Source: Bigelowiella natans CCMP2755 (taxonomy: Eukaryota; Protista; Cercozoa). From it: a stretch of DNA of 64,000 bases. The translations under genes were made by a program, and so were the position numbers. The notes beneath the pieces were generated by a model. The model made no database searches, was not told where the DNA came from, and saw only the letters and a list, made by a program, of their open reading frames with translations. Positions 21,760 to 35,691 of the stretch are shown piece after piece; the stretch's first letter is position 1; every line of letters begins with the position of its first letter. The stretch is taken from positions 3,515 through 67,514 of the forward strand of contig ADNK01002498.1 of NCBI GenBank assembly GCA_000320545.1. The letters are read 5' to 3'.

Positions 21760-23807
21760 ATAAAACCACATGGCCTTTTATTCATCTGTTGATGGCTGGT
21801 AAATAACGAGAGTTGGCCCCTTTATTGGTTCCAAGACCTATGGCTTTAAACTGATATCGACAGCATAAATCTCGTTAGGGAGTATTTAACGCCATGCGCC
21901 CTGCTGAGATCGATAGATGTTATTTATTAGACCGAATGTCCTCAACACAGTGTATGCGCTGCTTTCTCCACAAATATGTTTGAAACGTTCATCTTTTCAT
22001 GTTTTATCCATAAAAACACGTGATGTTCTGTCCATGTTATAAGCACACAAAATCATAACATGTGCAAGTATAACATAGTGTACCTGTCACTAGCGTGTAG
22101 CCAGTAACTGTTTCGTAGCGCCAGATGAATGAACAAAGCCTAGCATGAGTGCGATCTTTGGCACAGTTCAGGCACAACATAATCTTACATTAGTGAGAGG
22201 CACTGAGTTCCTTGCTGAAAATCTATTTCCTGTTCACATTGTGCAGTGCTTGTTCCATCTCGATCAGTCCACACGCAGACTCGAAAATGTGAACATGCGA
22301 TGACAATGAATGATGGACCGCAACAGACATGACATTGGCACAGCACCCATGCCTGTGTGTGCCCAGATGCATCGCACCAATGGCATCGCATGCACCGCCG
22401 CATGTCTGTGCAATTGTATCTGTTTGCTGAACATCACCAACACCACATGTCTAGATGCATGCGAGGAACACAAGGAACTGCATGCGTTTGCAAGCTAGGC
22501 CTGACTCACAGCTAGACAGCACAAGGTGCCACATGTGCCCATGCCCTCCAGCTCGACGATCAAGCGTGACGCAAGCTGCCAGTTGCAGCAGCTCGCCTCA
22601 CACAAATCTCAAGCTGTCTGGCTAGCTGTGGCTTGGTTCACAGATTCTCTCTCATGTTGCCCGGTGACTTCTAGACTTGCAACTTCAGGATGGTGAGAAG
22701 CAGAAGAGGAAGTGAAAATGTTGGAACATCACCGAGAAAATGGGAGCCAACGAAGTTGCGAGGCCCAACGTGCCCCAGACGAGAGTGTCTCCTACGATGC
22801 GATCCACTGGACAGTTGCATGGATGGGGGTGATTTCAAAGAAAGAAAAGAAAGAAAGAACTGTCTCTGATCGGCCGCATTTCCAAAGTGTTGCATGACAC
22901 TTGCAAAGTGCGAAACACAGTACCTCGAGCTGAAATGCTGAAATCACGAGGACTCTCTGGACGTGGTGTTGTTGTGTGAAAACTGCAGCACGCTTGCAAA
23001 ATTGGCGTGCATGCATGGCTGCACAAATTCATGAGAGAAAAGAGGATTGTCCACAGGGACATGGAAGTTGAGAGGGACGTCAAAGCGCATCCATCCTGAC
23101 CAGAAACTTCCTGACAGGCTCCATCGACGAGGCGACCCTTGTCCAACTCACCAGAGGTTTCACCTTGCAGACAGGACTGCTGGTGCTGAGAGACGGAACC
23201 AGAACTTTGAGGCGAATGCACATGAGCAATTGAAAAATTGAATTTCGAATGGTCCTTCTCGGCTACGTTGTCAAGCGTTTTGGTGTCCCCACGAGAAAAG
23301 CAACAGGGTACGTTCTTACATGAGAAATGTGCGATGAGTATTATGTCGCTTGTGCGAAGCCCTAGCTGAAAAGAGCGAACGTTCCATCAAAAGTTAGCGA
23401 ACTCAGAACAAATCAGCTTCAAAAACACATCACATTGGACTTTTAAATATTTTATTGGAGAAATTATGCAAACGACATGGAAAAAGCGGAAAAAATGGTA
23501 GAGACATTGATACATTCAAAAAATTTGGCGCCACTGCGCTAAAGAGTACCAGACGTAGCCAATGTAATTTGCATCTGCGACAACGGGTATCATGTTGACG
23601 CAGAACAATGTATTTACATTGTGCGCTCAGAAAGGTCTGAAAGTTGTCGTCCTGACAGAATTCTGAGCGGAAAGCTTCCATCGAAGGTCTTATCCTTCTT
23701 CAGCTCCCGGAACTTCTCATCGTGCTCCCCCCTCGTCAACGCGCACCCCCCCCATTCACACCGTTCGAAAAGTCGAATAGTGACTACTTTGGGTCATTCA
23801 GTCAGAT

Positions 23808-24931
23808 ATGGTTGACGAGAAACAAAGAAGCAGAAGCATCGGTATTCCTGCGGTACAGGCCAAATTTGGCTCCCATCTTCTGCCCCCCCCAGGTCGCTGT
23901 GTTGCTCTGAACACAATGTATAGCTCTGTGGTTGTGAGAGAGAGAGAGAGAGAGGTTTTATGCGCCCACTCTGCGTGTGATTTCCTGTATATTAAATTAT
24001 CTCCCTTTTCTAGGGTGTTCAGCCGATTAAAAGCAGTCTGTACCCTGTGTCCTCCTGATGTTGTCTATCCTATTTCCTCATTAGATCTCGGGGGGGAGAA
24101 GGAGAATCATCCAAACCAGGATCAAGGGATAGAACGGTCCAGATCCTATCAATCAGACCTTCGAAGTAAAGCATCGTTCTCCTCTCAATCGCCGTCGATG
24201 GTATTTATAGCCATGCGAGCTGCAACTTTACTAGTGTGTTCAAGCAGCATAAATCTTTGCATAACACATGATGTTTGAATACCTAGCTGGGAGCCATTGG
24301 AGTCGACCCAAACGCTTTAGAGTTGTCACGGAAAAACACCGAGATTGTTATACGCCCCATGGTTAGTCCAGTGTGCGTTTTAAGTTCAGAGAAATGTGTC
24401 GTCCTCAAACATAAATTCGTATGTACGTACTTGTGTTCATATATCAAACTATATTAAGATACATTCATTTGTATATATCGATGAAGGAGTTCGTTTATTT
24501 TGGACGTTTGAGGGATGATGATTTGTGGAACCGTTCTTGACATACAACACACACACACACACACACGCATACGCACGCACGCACGCACATTTGTCCACCA
24601 TGCATATGTAATACTAGGTGCGGACTCCAACTGTCCAGCGCATGTTCTCAAAGATTGAACCTGGCTCACTGCGAGGGTCCATATTCACCCTATCTTCCAG
24701 TGCTATTGGTGCTGGCGTGCTGTCGCTCCCTTTGGTGATGAAGAACACCGGATTGGTGTTGGGAGGCATCCTCTGTATCGTCGGGGCGGTGCTTGCGCTT
24801 CTCTCGATGAATATGCTGGTAATAGGGGAGGGGATGATGGCGCACGCACGCTACAGTGTGACTATGAAGAAATCCGAATTTGATGGAAGCAGCAATACAT
24901 GCTCAACCAACATGCGGACGCAAACACACAA

Positions 24932-24969
<38 letters not shown>

Positions 24970-25399
24970 AGTCCTCGCGCGCGTAGAGAGGAGACAGAAA
25001 TAGCAATTGCGAAAGTAATCGTGCGCACCGCCCCCCCCTCCCCCCTCCCTCCATTTCTCTACAGGTCGATACGGCCGATGTAATATTGTTCAATCGTGGC
25101 GGAAGTGGAGGGCGAGCAATCTCGTACTCCGAACTCGTGTCGCAAGTTCTGGGTCCACGCTGGGGGGTGGGGTTAGAGGTAACGATGGTGGTATACTGCT
25201 TCGGTACGATCGTCGGCTACCTCCTGGTCATTGGAAAGGCTATAGGCGGTCTCTGCGAAGCTCTTGAAGTAGAATTGCCAAGCGAGGGGTACGTTGTGTT
25301 GTCCTGAGTTGGAAGAAGTGCCCTCCCCTTTCTATTTCATTTTACAGTAAACATGCGTGTGGGGCCCACAATATGAGCAGACACTTATACACACAGCAC

Positions 25400-25438
<39 letters not shown>

Positions 25439-26885
25439 CAGACACCATCAAGAGATGATTAACATCCTTCATTCCATATGTACACTCTGAGCATCCGTCT
25501 CCCAACCTCGCAGCTTCCCCATCATGCTGGCCGCGCTGTTTGCGCTACCTCTGACGCTGTTCCGCGACATCTCGTACTTGGCACTCTCCAGCCTACTTGC
25601 CGTCACGGCCATGATCTACGTCTGCTTGTCAATCACGTGAGAACAGACGTTGAAAGATAACAAATAGACCAGAAGAGATCATGATCACAATGATGAAGTA
25701 GCACGCATGAACTCATGAAATAACCATTCCTTTCGCTTCGCTTCCCTCACCCCTCTCTTCTTCTTCTTCTTCTTCTTCTTCTTCTTCTTCTTCTTTTTTT
25801 CCCCACCATCATCGCAGGTATCGTGGTACGCAGAACGGAACGCTCAAGGACTTGCCCGTGCCACTGTTCCGATTCGGTTCAGACTTCTGCTCGTCGGCTA
25901 CTATCGTCTTCTTCGCATACAACTGCCATGTCAACATTTTCTCGATCTACTCGTCGCTTCACTACCCCCTTGTCTCGCGCATGAAGAAGGTGTGTGCAAA
26001 ATGCTCTTCGTCATCATCAGCTTCTACACTACCAGCGCACATCGCCATCCTCGTCAAAATGATCGCCCCAATCTGACGTTTGTTTCTTCGTCATGGATAA
26101 CATCAGGTAACCCAGCGCGCTGTCGGCCTGGAGGTAGCACTGTACATCCTCGTCGCGTCCTCGGGCTACCTGATGTTTCACCAGGACACAGCCGGAAACA
26201 TCCTACTGAACTTTCCGGCGAGCGATGTGCTGATGAACGTGGGCAAGGCTGGGGTCGCGTGTGCGCTCACTGCATCCCTTCCACTCTGCTTGCACCCGGC
26301 GAGAGAGAATTTCTATCTGTTGTTTTTCAAGTTTTCTGCGCTGTTTAGAGTCAGCGATGAAAAAGGTCGGGCCTGGGTTTCCCTCCCTCTCTCTCTACCC
26401 CCCCCCCCTCTCTCTATCTCTCTCTCTCCATCCATTTCACTCCTCCCCTCTTTTCTTTCTCTCTCTGCGACACACACACGCGCGCGCGCGCGCGCGCACG
26501 CACGCACATATGTCGAGAAAAGTAGCGGCAGATCAGACGGACAACTCACATCCCGCACACATCGTCGACATCCTTGCTCTCTCCCCTCAGCCTCTCTTTC
26601 CTCGCCTAATTCACCAGGAAAACCATTACTATCAAACTCCCCCGCTGGCTCCGGCACACCGCCCTTCGGTGTGTCGCAGAGGAAGGCTGCTGAAAAGCAG
26701 GAAGCGTCCCTACTCTTCCACATCTGTGTGACGCTGTGTATGATGGGCGGCGCGTTGTTCTTGGCGCTCAAAGTCCCAGGAGTGTCAGTGGTGTTCAGCT
26801 TCCTCGGAGCCACGGCTTGCGTAATCATCTGCTATGCGCTCCCGATCATGATGTACGTGTTCCTCTATTTGTGTGTCAATTGTAT

Positions 26886-26946
<61 letters not shown>

Positions 26947-26952
26947 GTACAT

Positions 26953-26991
<39 letters not shown>

Positions 26992-27382
26992 GGCGCCTCA
27001 CCTTCTCGCAGCAGAACCTGAAAGTGTGGTTAATGCTCGCGCTCCCTCCCCCCCCCCTGCCTCTCCTTCCCTTCCTCCATATGTGCAGTGTGTAGTTGAG
27101 TGAGCGTTTCACTTGTTTTTTTGGTTGGCAAATGGACGCATCTTCGTTGTCCCCATGATCAACACCATCTTCATCACTATATCGTAATTTGTCCACTTAC
27201 ATTTTCTTAGGTATGTGGAGGTTATAGAACAGCGCAACATGCTCTCGTCCCGTACATGCATCATGTTGCAGAAAATCGGCCTGTGGACCCTTCTGACCGT
27301 TCTCATCGTCATAGGAGCTGTCAGCGCATCCGACTCCCTTTCACAAGTTATCGCTATGATCTCTGTTAGCAATGAGAAGTAG
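23808..27382 (+). CDS. Amino acid transporter (Aa_trans / SLC38-like), multi-exon; start uncertain
   Basis: GSIFTLSSSAIGAGVLSLP; SYSELVSQVLG...YCFGTIVGYLLVIG; IVFFAYNCHVNIFSIYSSL; GYLMFHQDTAGNILLNF; LPLCLHPAR; VFSFLGATACVIICYALP. Last exon 27211-27382. Confidence 0.92.
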
Positions 27383-27682
27383 GAGAGAGGACACACGCAT
27401 CAGCTGCATCAGCTGCGACAATGATATTCACAACAGCAAGTATATCAAGGCCCCTATGCATATGTGCATTGGGGAATCGGTCAAGCGGAGCAAGTCATCT
27501 TTGTTTTCTCCTTGTATTATGTGTTACGCTGCTGCGTTCACCTACACTACTACTATTACTACCACCTCCTTCATTCTAGGATGCTGCCTGGGTTCGGTAT
27601 CTTTCTTTAGGTCACGAATATTAGCAGACATACCTGTGTGTGTGTGTGTGGGATGTGATGGCACAGACGTATATAACAAATG

Positions 27683-27722
<40 letters not shown>

Positions 27723-30700
27723 GTACATACAAGAATCTGTGTACTAAATATGTGTATCAATCCAATCGCGAACTTTAAAAAATAAAAGTAATTTTGAATT
27801 GAGTCTTCACCACCTTCACAAGTGTTTTCTTCTCGTTGTACCGACGCTTCTGTTGGAGACAACTACGATCCACGTGCTCGTGTTTGCGTCTACTTTTGGA
27901 TGTGATATGATTGATGAAAATTTCGATCAAGGTGATTGGCCACCAGTGTGCTTTAATGAGAAGTGCTATATCTTTTCCCTATTTTGCAGAATGGTGAACT
28001 GCATTAGTCATGTAAATATCCCTCGTATCCATAATATTAATGCAGGATTGTGCATTCGTGATGCATTGCATGTCTCTGCGCGGAAACTTGCACTTTTTTT
28101 TTGCTGCACTTGTTTCAGATGCGTGTAGCTGGATCAGATGAAGCTAAGTTTGTTGCGATGGGTATCCGTCATGCACATAGCTGGCAGCGCTAGGTGTGCG
28201 AGATTGATCGAATACGTGCACTCACATACGAAGCATCGACAACCCATCGATCGCATCACATGCTCATCGTGCACTACGCACACGATCTGTGCCCATGGAA
28301 ACACGTGCTGTGCGCCGCCATTTGTGTGCATGAAAACCCGTAGTTGATCATCGCACACAGAAAAGCCATGCATCCCCATGCCACAAAATGCAACACTTAG
28401 CAGAAGTGCATGCGTCATTGTTTACATGTTGACATCATTGCTCACGTGCGTGCGCGAACCAAAAGACACGTACGTGCATCCGCATGAATCAACAGCGCCG
28501 CTGCCGTTGTTGGCTCAACGACATTCTGTCTTCTTGCGGGACGGTTGGGTGCCGTGTTTCCAAGTGCGAGTTGATGGTGTTCAGCTCGTCCTTTGTAACA
28601 ATTCAAACGAAACACATTGTCACAAAAGGTGCGTGCGCCCCGAAGCGGAACGCTCGAAAAGCGATTCAAAATCTCGCAAAGCTAGAAAGGTGGGAAAAAA
28701 TGAACCCAGCAGAACGTTCATGCCACCATTTCCCTGACCCCTGAATGGCGGCATGAGACTGCACGTTGTTGTCCTTTCTCAGCGAAAGAACAACTGCTGC
28801 CCCAACAAAGCCAGACTTGCTAGCTTGACACACACGCCTGCCAATGGGGCCTCGGCAGCCTTGGCATGCCGCTGCCGTCATTGCTCGAGCGTTCCTACTC
28901 ACATCAATTCAAGATTCAACATTCATGTTCATTCGACATTCCAACGAGATGTGCCACCGGCACTGCTGACAAGCTGGACACGCCTCAAGCAGTTGCTTCG
29001 GATGAGGGATGGGTCCGGCAGTTCCGAGGGGGAACATGTCCGTGCGGATAAAATCTTTTGTTTGTTATCTACGACAACGTTTTTTTTTTGTCGCTGCTAC
29101 AGCGTGTAATATCCGAAGAAAATGATAAAAAGTTGTTGGTTTCCTTCACTACGACATCATTTTCTTCTTCAAGCTCGCATCGACACCAAGCCGACTACGT
29201 CGAGACAATTTTCGGCTTTCTCTGTTTGACCCCTGAAACGCCTTGCCGGGACACGTGATCACACTATGCAGCCTGGGCTGCTGTTATCTGTCTCTACGGC
29301 ATAGCATCAAGGCTGGAACTGCATATGGAGGCTCTCTCCCGACGATTTTCATCGCAGCTTTAACTAGAATACCAATGCATGCTATTGGATGATGAGCGTC
29401 AGACAACTGCTTCCGCATGTAATCCCGTGGTGAAGATGTCGATGACTTTCGGAAGAAGGCCATCGACATGATACTTTGCAACCAGATGAATATCAAGGAA
29501 TAATTTCCACAGGTGATAAGGAGCAACGAACATATCTAGAGAGCGCATCGCGTGGGCAATTTGGCAACGACAGCGAGCGCGAACGAGTGAATGTAATCGG
29601 GCAAAGGTTCTCCAGGAATATTGTGCTCAAAGGATATCTGACAGCAATACTAACCGTCATACGCAACCTCTTAGGTACCAGAAATGGGAGGATCTATGCA
29701 TCACGTCCTCTTCCGATTCTCTGGATGCTTTGGACCCGACGGAAGAAAAAGCCGAGCTGGTGGAACCGGCTGCCAGCGATCTTAACCCGTTGCAAGTACC
29801 ATATCACATTGTTTTAGAAGTTGATTCAGCCGGCTTATCTTCCACCATCCCGATTCTCCTTTTTGCATCATTTGAAGGGAACGTGGATTCAGGAGAACCC
29901 GAGTCGCTTCTATACAATTTCGGGTCGACGCTTGATCGATTCTCGGAGAAAAATTGTCGGAGCCCTCTATAAGCGGGTGACGGATCAGCTTCATTGTAAT
30001 GGAAATTAATCGCGGATTTTGGATGATAGTTTTTCGTACACCATTAGGCGACCAGCGGAAGAATGTTCATTGTGGGGAGTATTCTGTTTCGAAAGGGTTT
30101 CGAAGTAGACAGGGAAGGTATCCTATTCATTCCTTGAATTTTCAGATACTCCGTATGTGTTATAGTATCATATGTCTAACTACTGTTCTATTGGTTAGGA
30201 TCTTCACTGACTTTGCATTGTGAGAGGTAACCCCACCCCCCCCCCCTACACACGCACATAAATTAGCAATATTTTCATGCGTAACCTTTATTCACACTTT
30301 CTCTTCTCTTGCACAAAACGTATCAGGTTAAATTCTACACTAAAATGGGACCGAGGATTATTCAATCTTCCGCCTGATCAGCAGACTCAGATTAGAAGTC
30401 AGCTACAGCGAATGAATGTATCATCGAGTTCTCAAATGGAAGTTGCGCAAGGAATTAGAGAACTTCTCAAAAACCGATCCTCAACGAATACTAGCCAGCA
30501 GGGATGATATACGGAAGCCTTGTATTTTGGATACTGTTGTGTTCTTCCATGAAATGCATAGAACTACACACGCAGTTATGTAAATGTGCAGCACGGTATT
30601 TTTACAATTTGGAAGTGTTACGATGCATTCGGTCGCCTTTGATCATAGCAATATAAATAAGCGTCCTGCATGGATTCACGCAAAGTTGAGATACATATCA

Positions 30701-30921
30701 GCACTTTAAAAAGGTTTTCATGATGTTTTATGCCTACATTACTATATAAACATATGGAATAATATTTATGTGTACTAAACATGTATTTTCGTCAAGCGTT
30801 TTGTCTCGCCATTCCTGTCCATGATCGCTCATGAGATGGATGCAATGAAATTGTTACAGTTTTTCAATGGTCATCCAAATGTAATTGTGCAATGCTGCGG
30901 CTACAGCGTTCATGTTTGATC

Positions 30922-30961
<40 letters not shown>

Positions 30962-31633
30962 CGGAATAGAAGCGCACAATGCTAGAATGATGAGCGTGCT
31001 TGTCGCTCCATACGAAGCGACTAGCGACATGAGTGCTTTTGCATGCGCATGAAACACATGCTGATCGAAACAAAGAGATGCAACATGAGCATCTCACATC
31101 TATCTCATGTATGCATGCTGGGTGCTGTGGTGCGTACACGTAATGTTGAGTGGAGTATCTGCACCGAGGCGTGCATGTCATTACGTATTTCACACGATCG
31201 ATGTGGTGCAAGAGTTTAATGGGGTAGAATTTATTACGCGTTGCCTACTTGCGGTGCGCAGGATCGATGTCATTGCGCTGTGCAGTCAATGCCAGGCATC
31301 ATTGTGCACACACACACACACTGTTAAGTTTAGCATCGCATATTTACAAAATATTCTCGCCGAACATAGGTTGCCACGAACGTAACCTGCATGTGCAGCG
31401 TAGACAAGTGTGCTAATTTGTTGTAGAAACGTCAGCAATTTTGTAGTTGGGCTTGTGGCGTCTGTGTACTTGAATGGTCGATATCTTTTGAGATGATCGA
31501 GGCTAAAAGCGGCTTTATTAACGCCGCACATATGAACATAACTTTAACGTTAATCTTTTTCCAAGCCTTGCCTCCGTTATGAGACTCTTATTTTAATGTG
31601 CTGTAAGATATGCTCGGCCTTTAAAGGCGGCGA

Positions 31634-33033
31634 CTATAATATGTGAGTGGAAGTGTTTCCATCTGGAAGCAGTATCAATTCGTTTGTTGGTGCCAACTCC
31701 TTACGACGATGAGCTACTAGTTCTTTGTGGGTAGTCTCGTTGTAGTGAGGGAAGAAATGGTGATTTGGTAACAACCTTAGCCCTTCAAGCGCAGACGGTT
31801 GTGACCAGTCCTGATCGACTATTGTTGGATCATCCCATCCCTTCCAGAATGCTGTACCTGGAGATTCGTGTAAGTGCAAGATGGTGAGATGGTAAAGGAG
31901 GGTCGAAAGTAAATGATTACTTATGTCCGCTCCAGCAACGATTGCACCGGCACTAAACCGCATAATATGTTAGATGAGACATTGTCAGAGAAGATTGAGG
32001 TGCCATTTCAAAATTATGCTCGACCTTATGCCAACGTAAACACATCTTTGCTCAAAACACAGTCTTCGACATATCTCAATGAATCCCGATCTTCTCATGT
32101 GATGCAGCAACCGAAAGGTATTTCCTCCATCAACATATATTATGTTCGTACCCTGATAGATCGAAACGAGGGCGGGGTTCTCTTAAAGCTGATGAGAGCT
32201 TTGCAGTTTGTCATTCGTTCGAACCTGTAAACGAGCAGGAAGGGTTTCCGGAGTCTCAGATTCCAGGTGGATGCACTCCACGGACATCCCAAGAGTTTCC
32301 TGCAGCTCTTCCCCCTTTTTGCGACCAGCGCTCCGTTTTCTCGCCAGTCGCCTACCTGAGTAGACGCGACGCGCACTGAGCACACGTTTTTCATCACAAT
32401 CGGAGAATTATGTATCGCCATTTACCGTCGGATTTGGTCGACGTTTTATCCGATAAGAACGTCCAAGCCGTTGGTATGTATGCAACCTTTGGTTCTGTAC
32501 TTCGATTGCCAGAAAAAAGATCCTTCAGTTGATACATTTGCTTTTTGCACCGTGAAGAACCTGATTTGTGCAGGTTTTTGCATTTACATACGATATGAGC
32601 CCCTCTTCAACCATGTTCACATACCACAGGCGATTACTAGCCCACTATCTTGCTCCAATAAATTTAGGAGAGGATCCATCCTAAAGGGGGGGAGAAGTTG
32701 GGCATGTGTCAAGATGCTGACGGTGGTGGTGATGATGATATGATGATGGAGTTTGTTGAGCGATGGAGAAATGAAGCAGAGCAACCCTGCCTGAGGTGGA
32801 GGATCAGAAACTGTCGATGCCTCTCTAATATTCCGATATCCGCCCTTCATATCCAACACCCTAGTCAGTTGCCCCCATTGTCTCAGCGTTCGAATTCTTG
32901 TCTGCACTCTACCGACGCTCATCTGGTTCCTCATGAACGGACTACTCGAATGTTTGAACCCAACCCTCGTTGCCGCTATCGAAGGGAGCTCGATCATCCC
33001 AGAAATACAGCCATGCCATAGTGCGAGTATCAT
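31634..33033 (-). CDS. Peptidase S51 family (peptidase E-like, class I GAT fold) with N-terminal extension, multi-exon
   Basis: Spliced motifs PKVAYIPTA, IYVDGGNTFRLLHHMR, nucleophile elbow YVGIS|AGAIVAG, and GLRLLPNHHFFPHY (catalytic His). Confidence 0.85.
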
Positions 33034-33367
33034 CACAGGGGCAGGCAGAGAGGCAGGCGCCACTGCTCTCTGATGACCGAAAGACCCCTACTCTCGGCTA
33101 CTTCTTCACGAATTTGGTGGTACTTGTTTTTTTGTGGCCGCAATATGGGCAAAGATTAGTTGATATTTTCAGGTGTAGCTTCAATTCTTGATTCAAAATA
33201 TCAAAATGATTTAAAATGTATATTCTCTCAGTTATAATATATATTGTTAGATGTTTCCTGCCTGAAAATCGGTTCTGTGACTGCCATCGCACGTTACTTT
33301 GTAGGATATCGATTTTCGCAAAGAGACAAGTAATTTTCTCCATTTCTCTCAGAAATCCCCTACCGCA

Positions 33368-34303
33368 ATGGCAGCCGCAATGCGCCGTACCCTCACCTTG
33401 GCCAGGGCGGCCATTCCAGGGATCCCTCTCAAGCGAGTAGGGTCTTACCTTCGCACAACATCAGTGCCCCGTTTCAACCGTATGGTATCGACATCTTTCA
33501 AGACGAAAAAGGTTGAGAAAGTCGAGGAGGTGAAGGTACACAGTTGGTCCCCAGAGTCAAGGCGAACGGGGGTGATTGGGAGAAAGCTTGGCATGATGCA
33601 GCTCTGGGATGATTGGGGAGTCATGCATCTTGTCACCGTTGTAGAAATCGATAGTGAGGTGCTGAGAATTAAGGATAGACTTACCCCTACTGGCCATGCG
33701 CAGATGCAGTTGGGGGGGTTCGAGAAGAACCCAAGAAATACAACAAAGCCTCTCCTCGGTGAATTTACAAAGCTTGGAACAACACCTAAACGAAAAATTG
33801 TAGAGTTTAAGGTTACCCCAGATGCATTACTACCTGTAGGGCTTAAGATAGATGCTCGCCATTTCTTTCCGGGGCAATTCGTCGACATTCAAGGCACCAC
33901 TAAGGGAAAAGGGTTTCAAGGTGTAATGAAAAGGTGGGGGTTTGGGGGCCAAGCAGCTACACATGGCGTCTCCAAAACACATCGCCATCTTGGTGCAGCT
34001 GGTGCTTGTCAGGATCCAGGTAAGGTTTGGAAAGGTAAGAAGATGCCGGGGAACATGGGAAACAAGACCAGAACAGCGGAATGCTTGCAAATATTTAAGA
34101 TTGACGTGAAGAGATCGTTGCTGTACTTGAAAGGGTCGGTTCCGGGCAATAATGGAGGATTTTTGAAAATAAGAGACGCTCTAAAGAGACCTTTTCATGA
34201 GGAAACGCCTCCTCCATTTCCCACATACGTGGCTGAAGAAGGAGCAGAAATCCAAGGAGAGATCGAACTACCGCTTTCAGAAAAAGACCCTTTCGACGAA
34301 TGA
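33368..34303 (+). CDS. MRPL3: Mitochondrial ribosomal protein uL3m (bacterial-type L3 with presequence), intronless
   Basis: RRTGVIGRKLGMMQLWD; GQFVDIQGTTKGKGFQGVMKRWGFGG; KVWKGKKMPGNMG; LKGSVPG. Arg-rich, acid-free N-terminus. Confidence 0.95.
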   Translation: MAAAMRRTLTLARAAIPGIPLKRVGSYLRTTSVPRFNRMVSTSFKTKKVEKVEEVKVHSWSPESRRTGVIGRKLGMMQLWDDWGVMHLVTVVEIDSEVLRIKDRLTPTGHAQMQLGGFEKNPRNTTKPLLGEFTKLGTTPKRKIVEFKVTPDALLPVGLKIDARHFFPGQFVDIQGTTKGKGFQGVMKRWGFGGQAATHGVSKTHRHLGAAGACQDPGKVWKGKKMPGNMGNKTRTAECLQIFKIDVKRSLLYLKGSVPGNNGGFLKIRDALKRPFHEETPPPFPTYVAEEGAEIQGEIELPLSEKDPFDE

Positions 34304-35691
34304 TTGTTGTGCTGACACTACAAATTAGAATATATGAAAATCTTGCCATCTGCCTAGCTACAAAACGACCGCTAATGTTTTCGAGTTGCGGTCAATGCTA
34401 CAATGGACTGGGCTATAAATAAGAATGTGCTGCGCGTGCGTGTAATGTAGCATAGCTGTGTCTAATCACTGTGCACTTGCATTTATGTGTGCGCGGCCCT
34501 AATAAGATATGCTACGTATTGGCATAACTGTTACTAATGACAGCTGAATCTTGCTGCTATGTTTTAGATGTTTATTTGCATTGTGACTGAAATAAAGATG
34601 CGATGCGTGTACCCACATACAGTACACGCATGGGTCTAGACTGTCATACACGCACATCGCAGCGTAGTCGCGTGCACCCACCAACGCCTAAACGCTGTCA
34701 TGTAGTAGTCTAAGCCATATATGCCGCACAAGCTAGCAAAACGTACAGTACGTATTTCAAAAAAATAGCCTAAAGCAATTGATACCCACAAATGATAATG
34801 CACGAACACTTACATATCGCACACGGCCATCCAGGGATGTCTGGCAAGATATGGGCAAGCGTTCTCGTTGCAGTACATACAGAGTAGATGCACATATTGT
34901 ACGTATGTATCGAATGCGTGCTCGCATCGCGAACATGGCATACATGTTTATGTACATGATGTTAACGCTCTGTTCTGTCAAATATAACGTCATTCACCAG
35001 CATTCTACTTTTTATTTAACATTGCTTTCAAAATGCATGAAAGCCTCGCCGAAATTCATGGCTATCTCTGTACGAAGTGATACTTGATAATGTAAACCAA
35101 CATCAAAACGGTATGACCTTTGGATGAAAGCCCAATACCTTTGAAGAGCTAGAGTGCATTTTTTTTGAACTTGTATGATTGGAAATCGAACACTAACGTA
35201 TACACTATAAATATATCTATATATATTAATATATATTAATATGGTACATATGTGCTCGATATGTCCGAAATATGTTTCTGTGAAGTTGTCCAACGTATGT
35301 AGATTTTATGTGGTTAAAATTCTTCAGTAAAATATAATGCTTAATTTAAGAGTATAATCGTCATCCTTAAATAAAACGAAAAAAAGATACTATGAAGAAT
35401 AGGGGGATGTAAGAAGTCGCCTCGTACATTCTCGAATATCTTTGAAAATTTCATGTACATTGTTACAAATGCATGCATGCATCCAGGAAAAAAGACTATG
35501 CAAGTGATTGACTTTCGAGAAGGTGAAGAAAGCATAACTATCCGGGCACAATTGTAAGAAGTGCACCACTGGATGTTGAACGCGGACGATTCACTAAGAC
35601 ACCCTTTCCAAAAATAAGATTCATCCTCTGAAGTATGTATTTCCTCAACAACCTTAACTCCATTTCGTGCCACCCATTACCCTTACGGACT

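Noticed and set aside
22230-23260. CpG deamination or RIP as the cause of TG/CA richness
   Set aside because: CpG remains common and TpA, the end product of those processes, is the depleted dinucleotide.
28860-30510. Possible multi-exon + strand gene
   Set aside because: Splice-like signals and short ORFs exist, but I could not build a consistent frame or recognise a motif.
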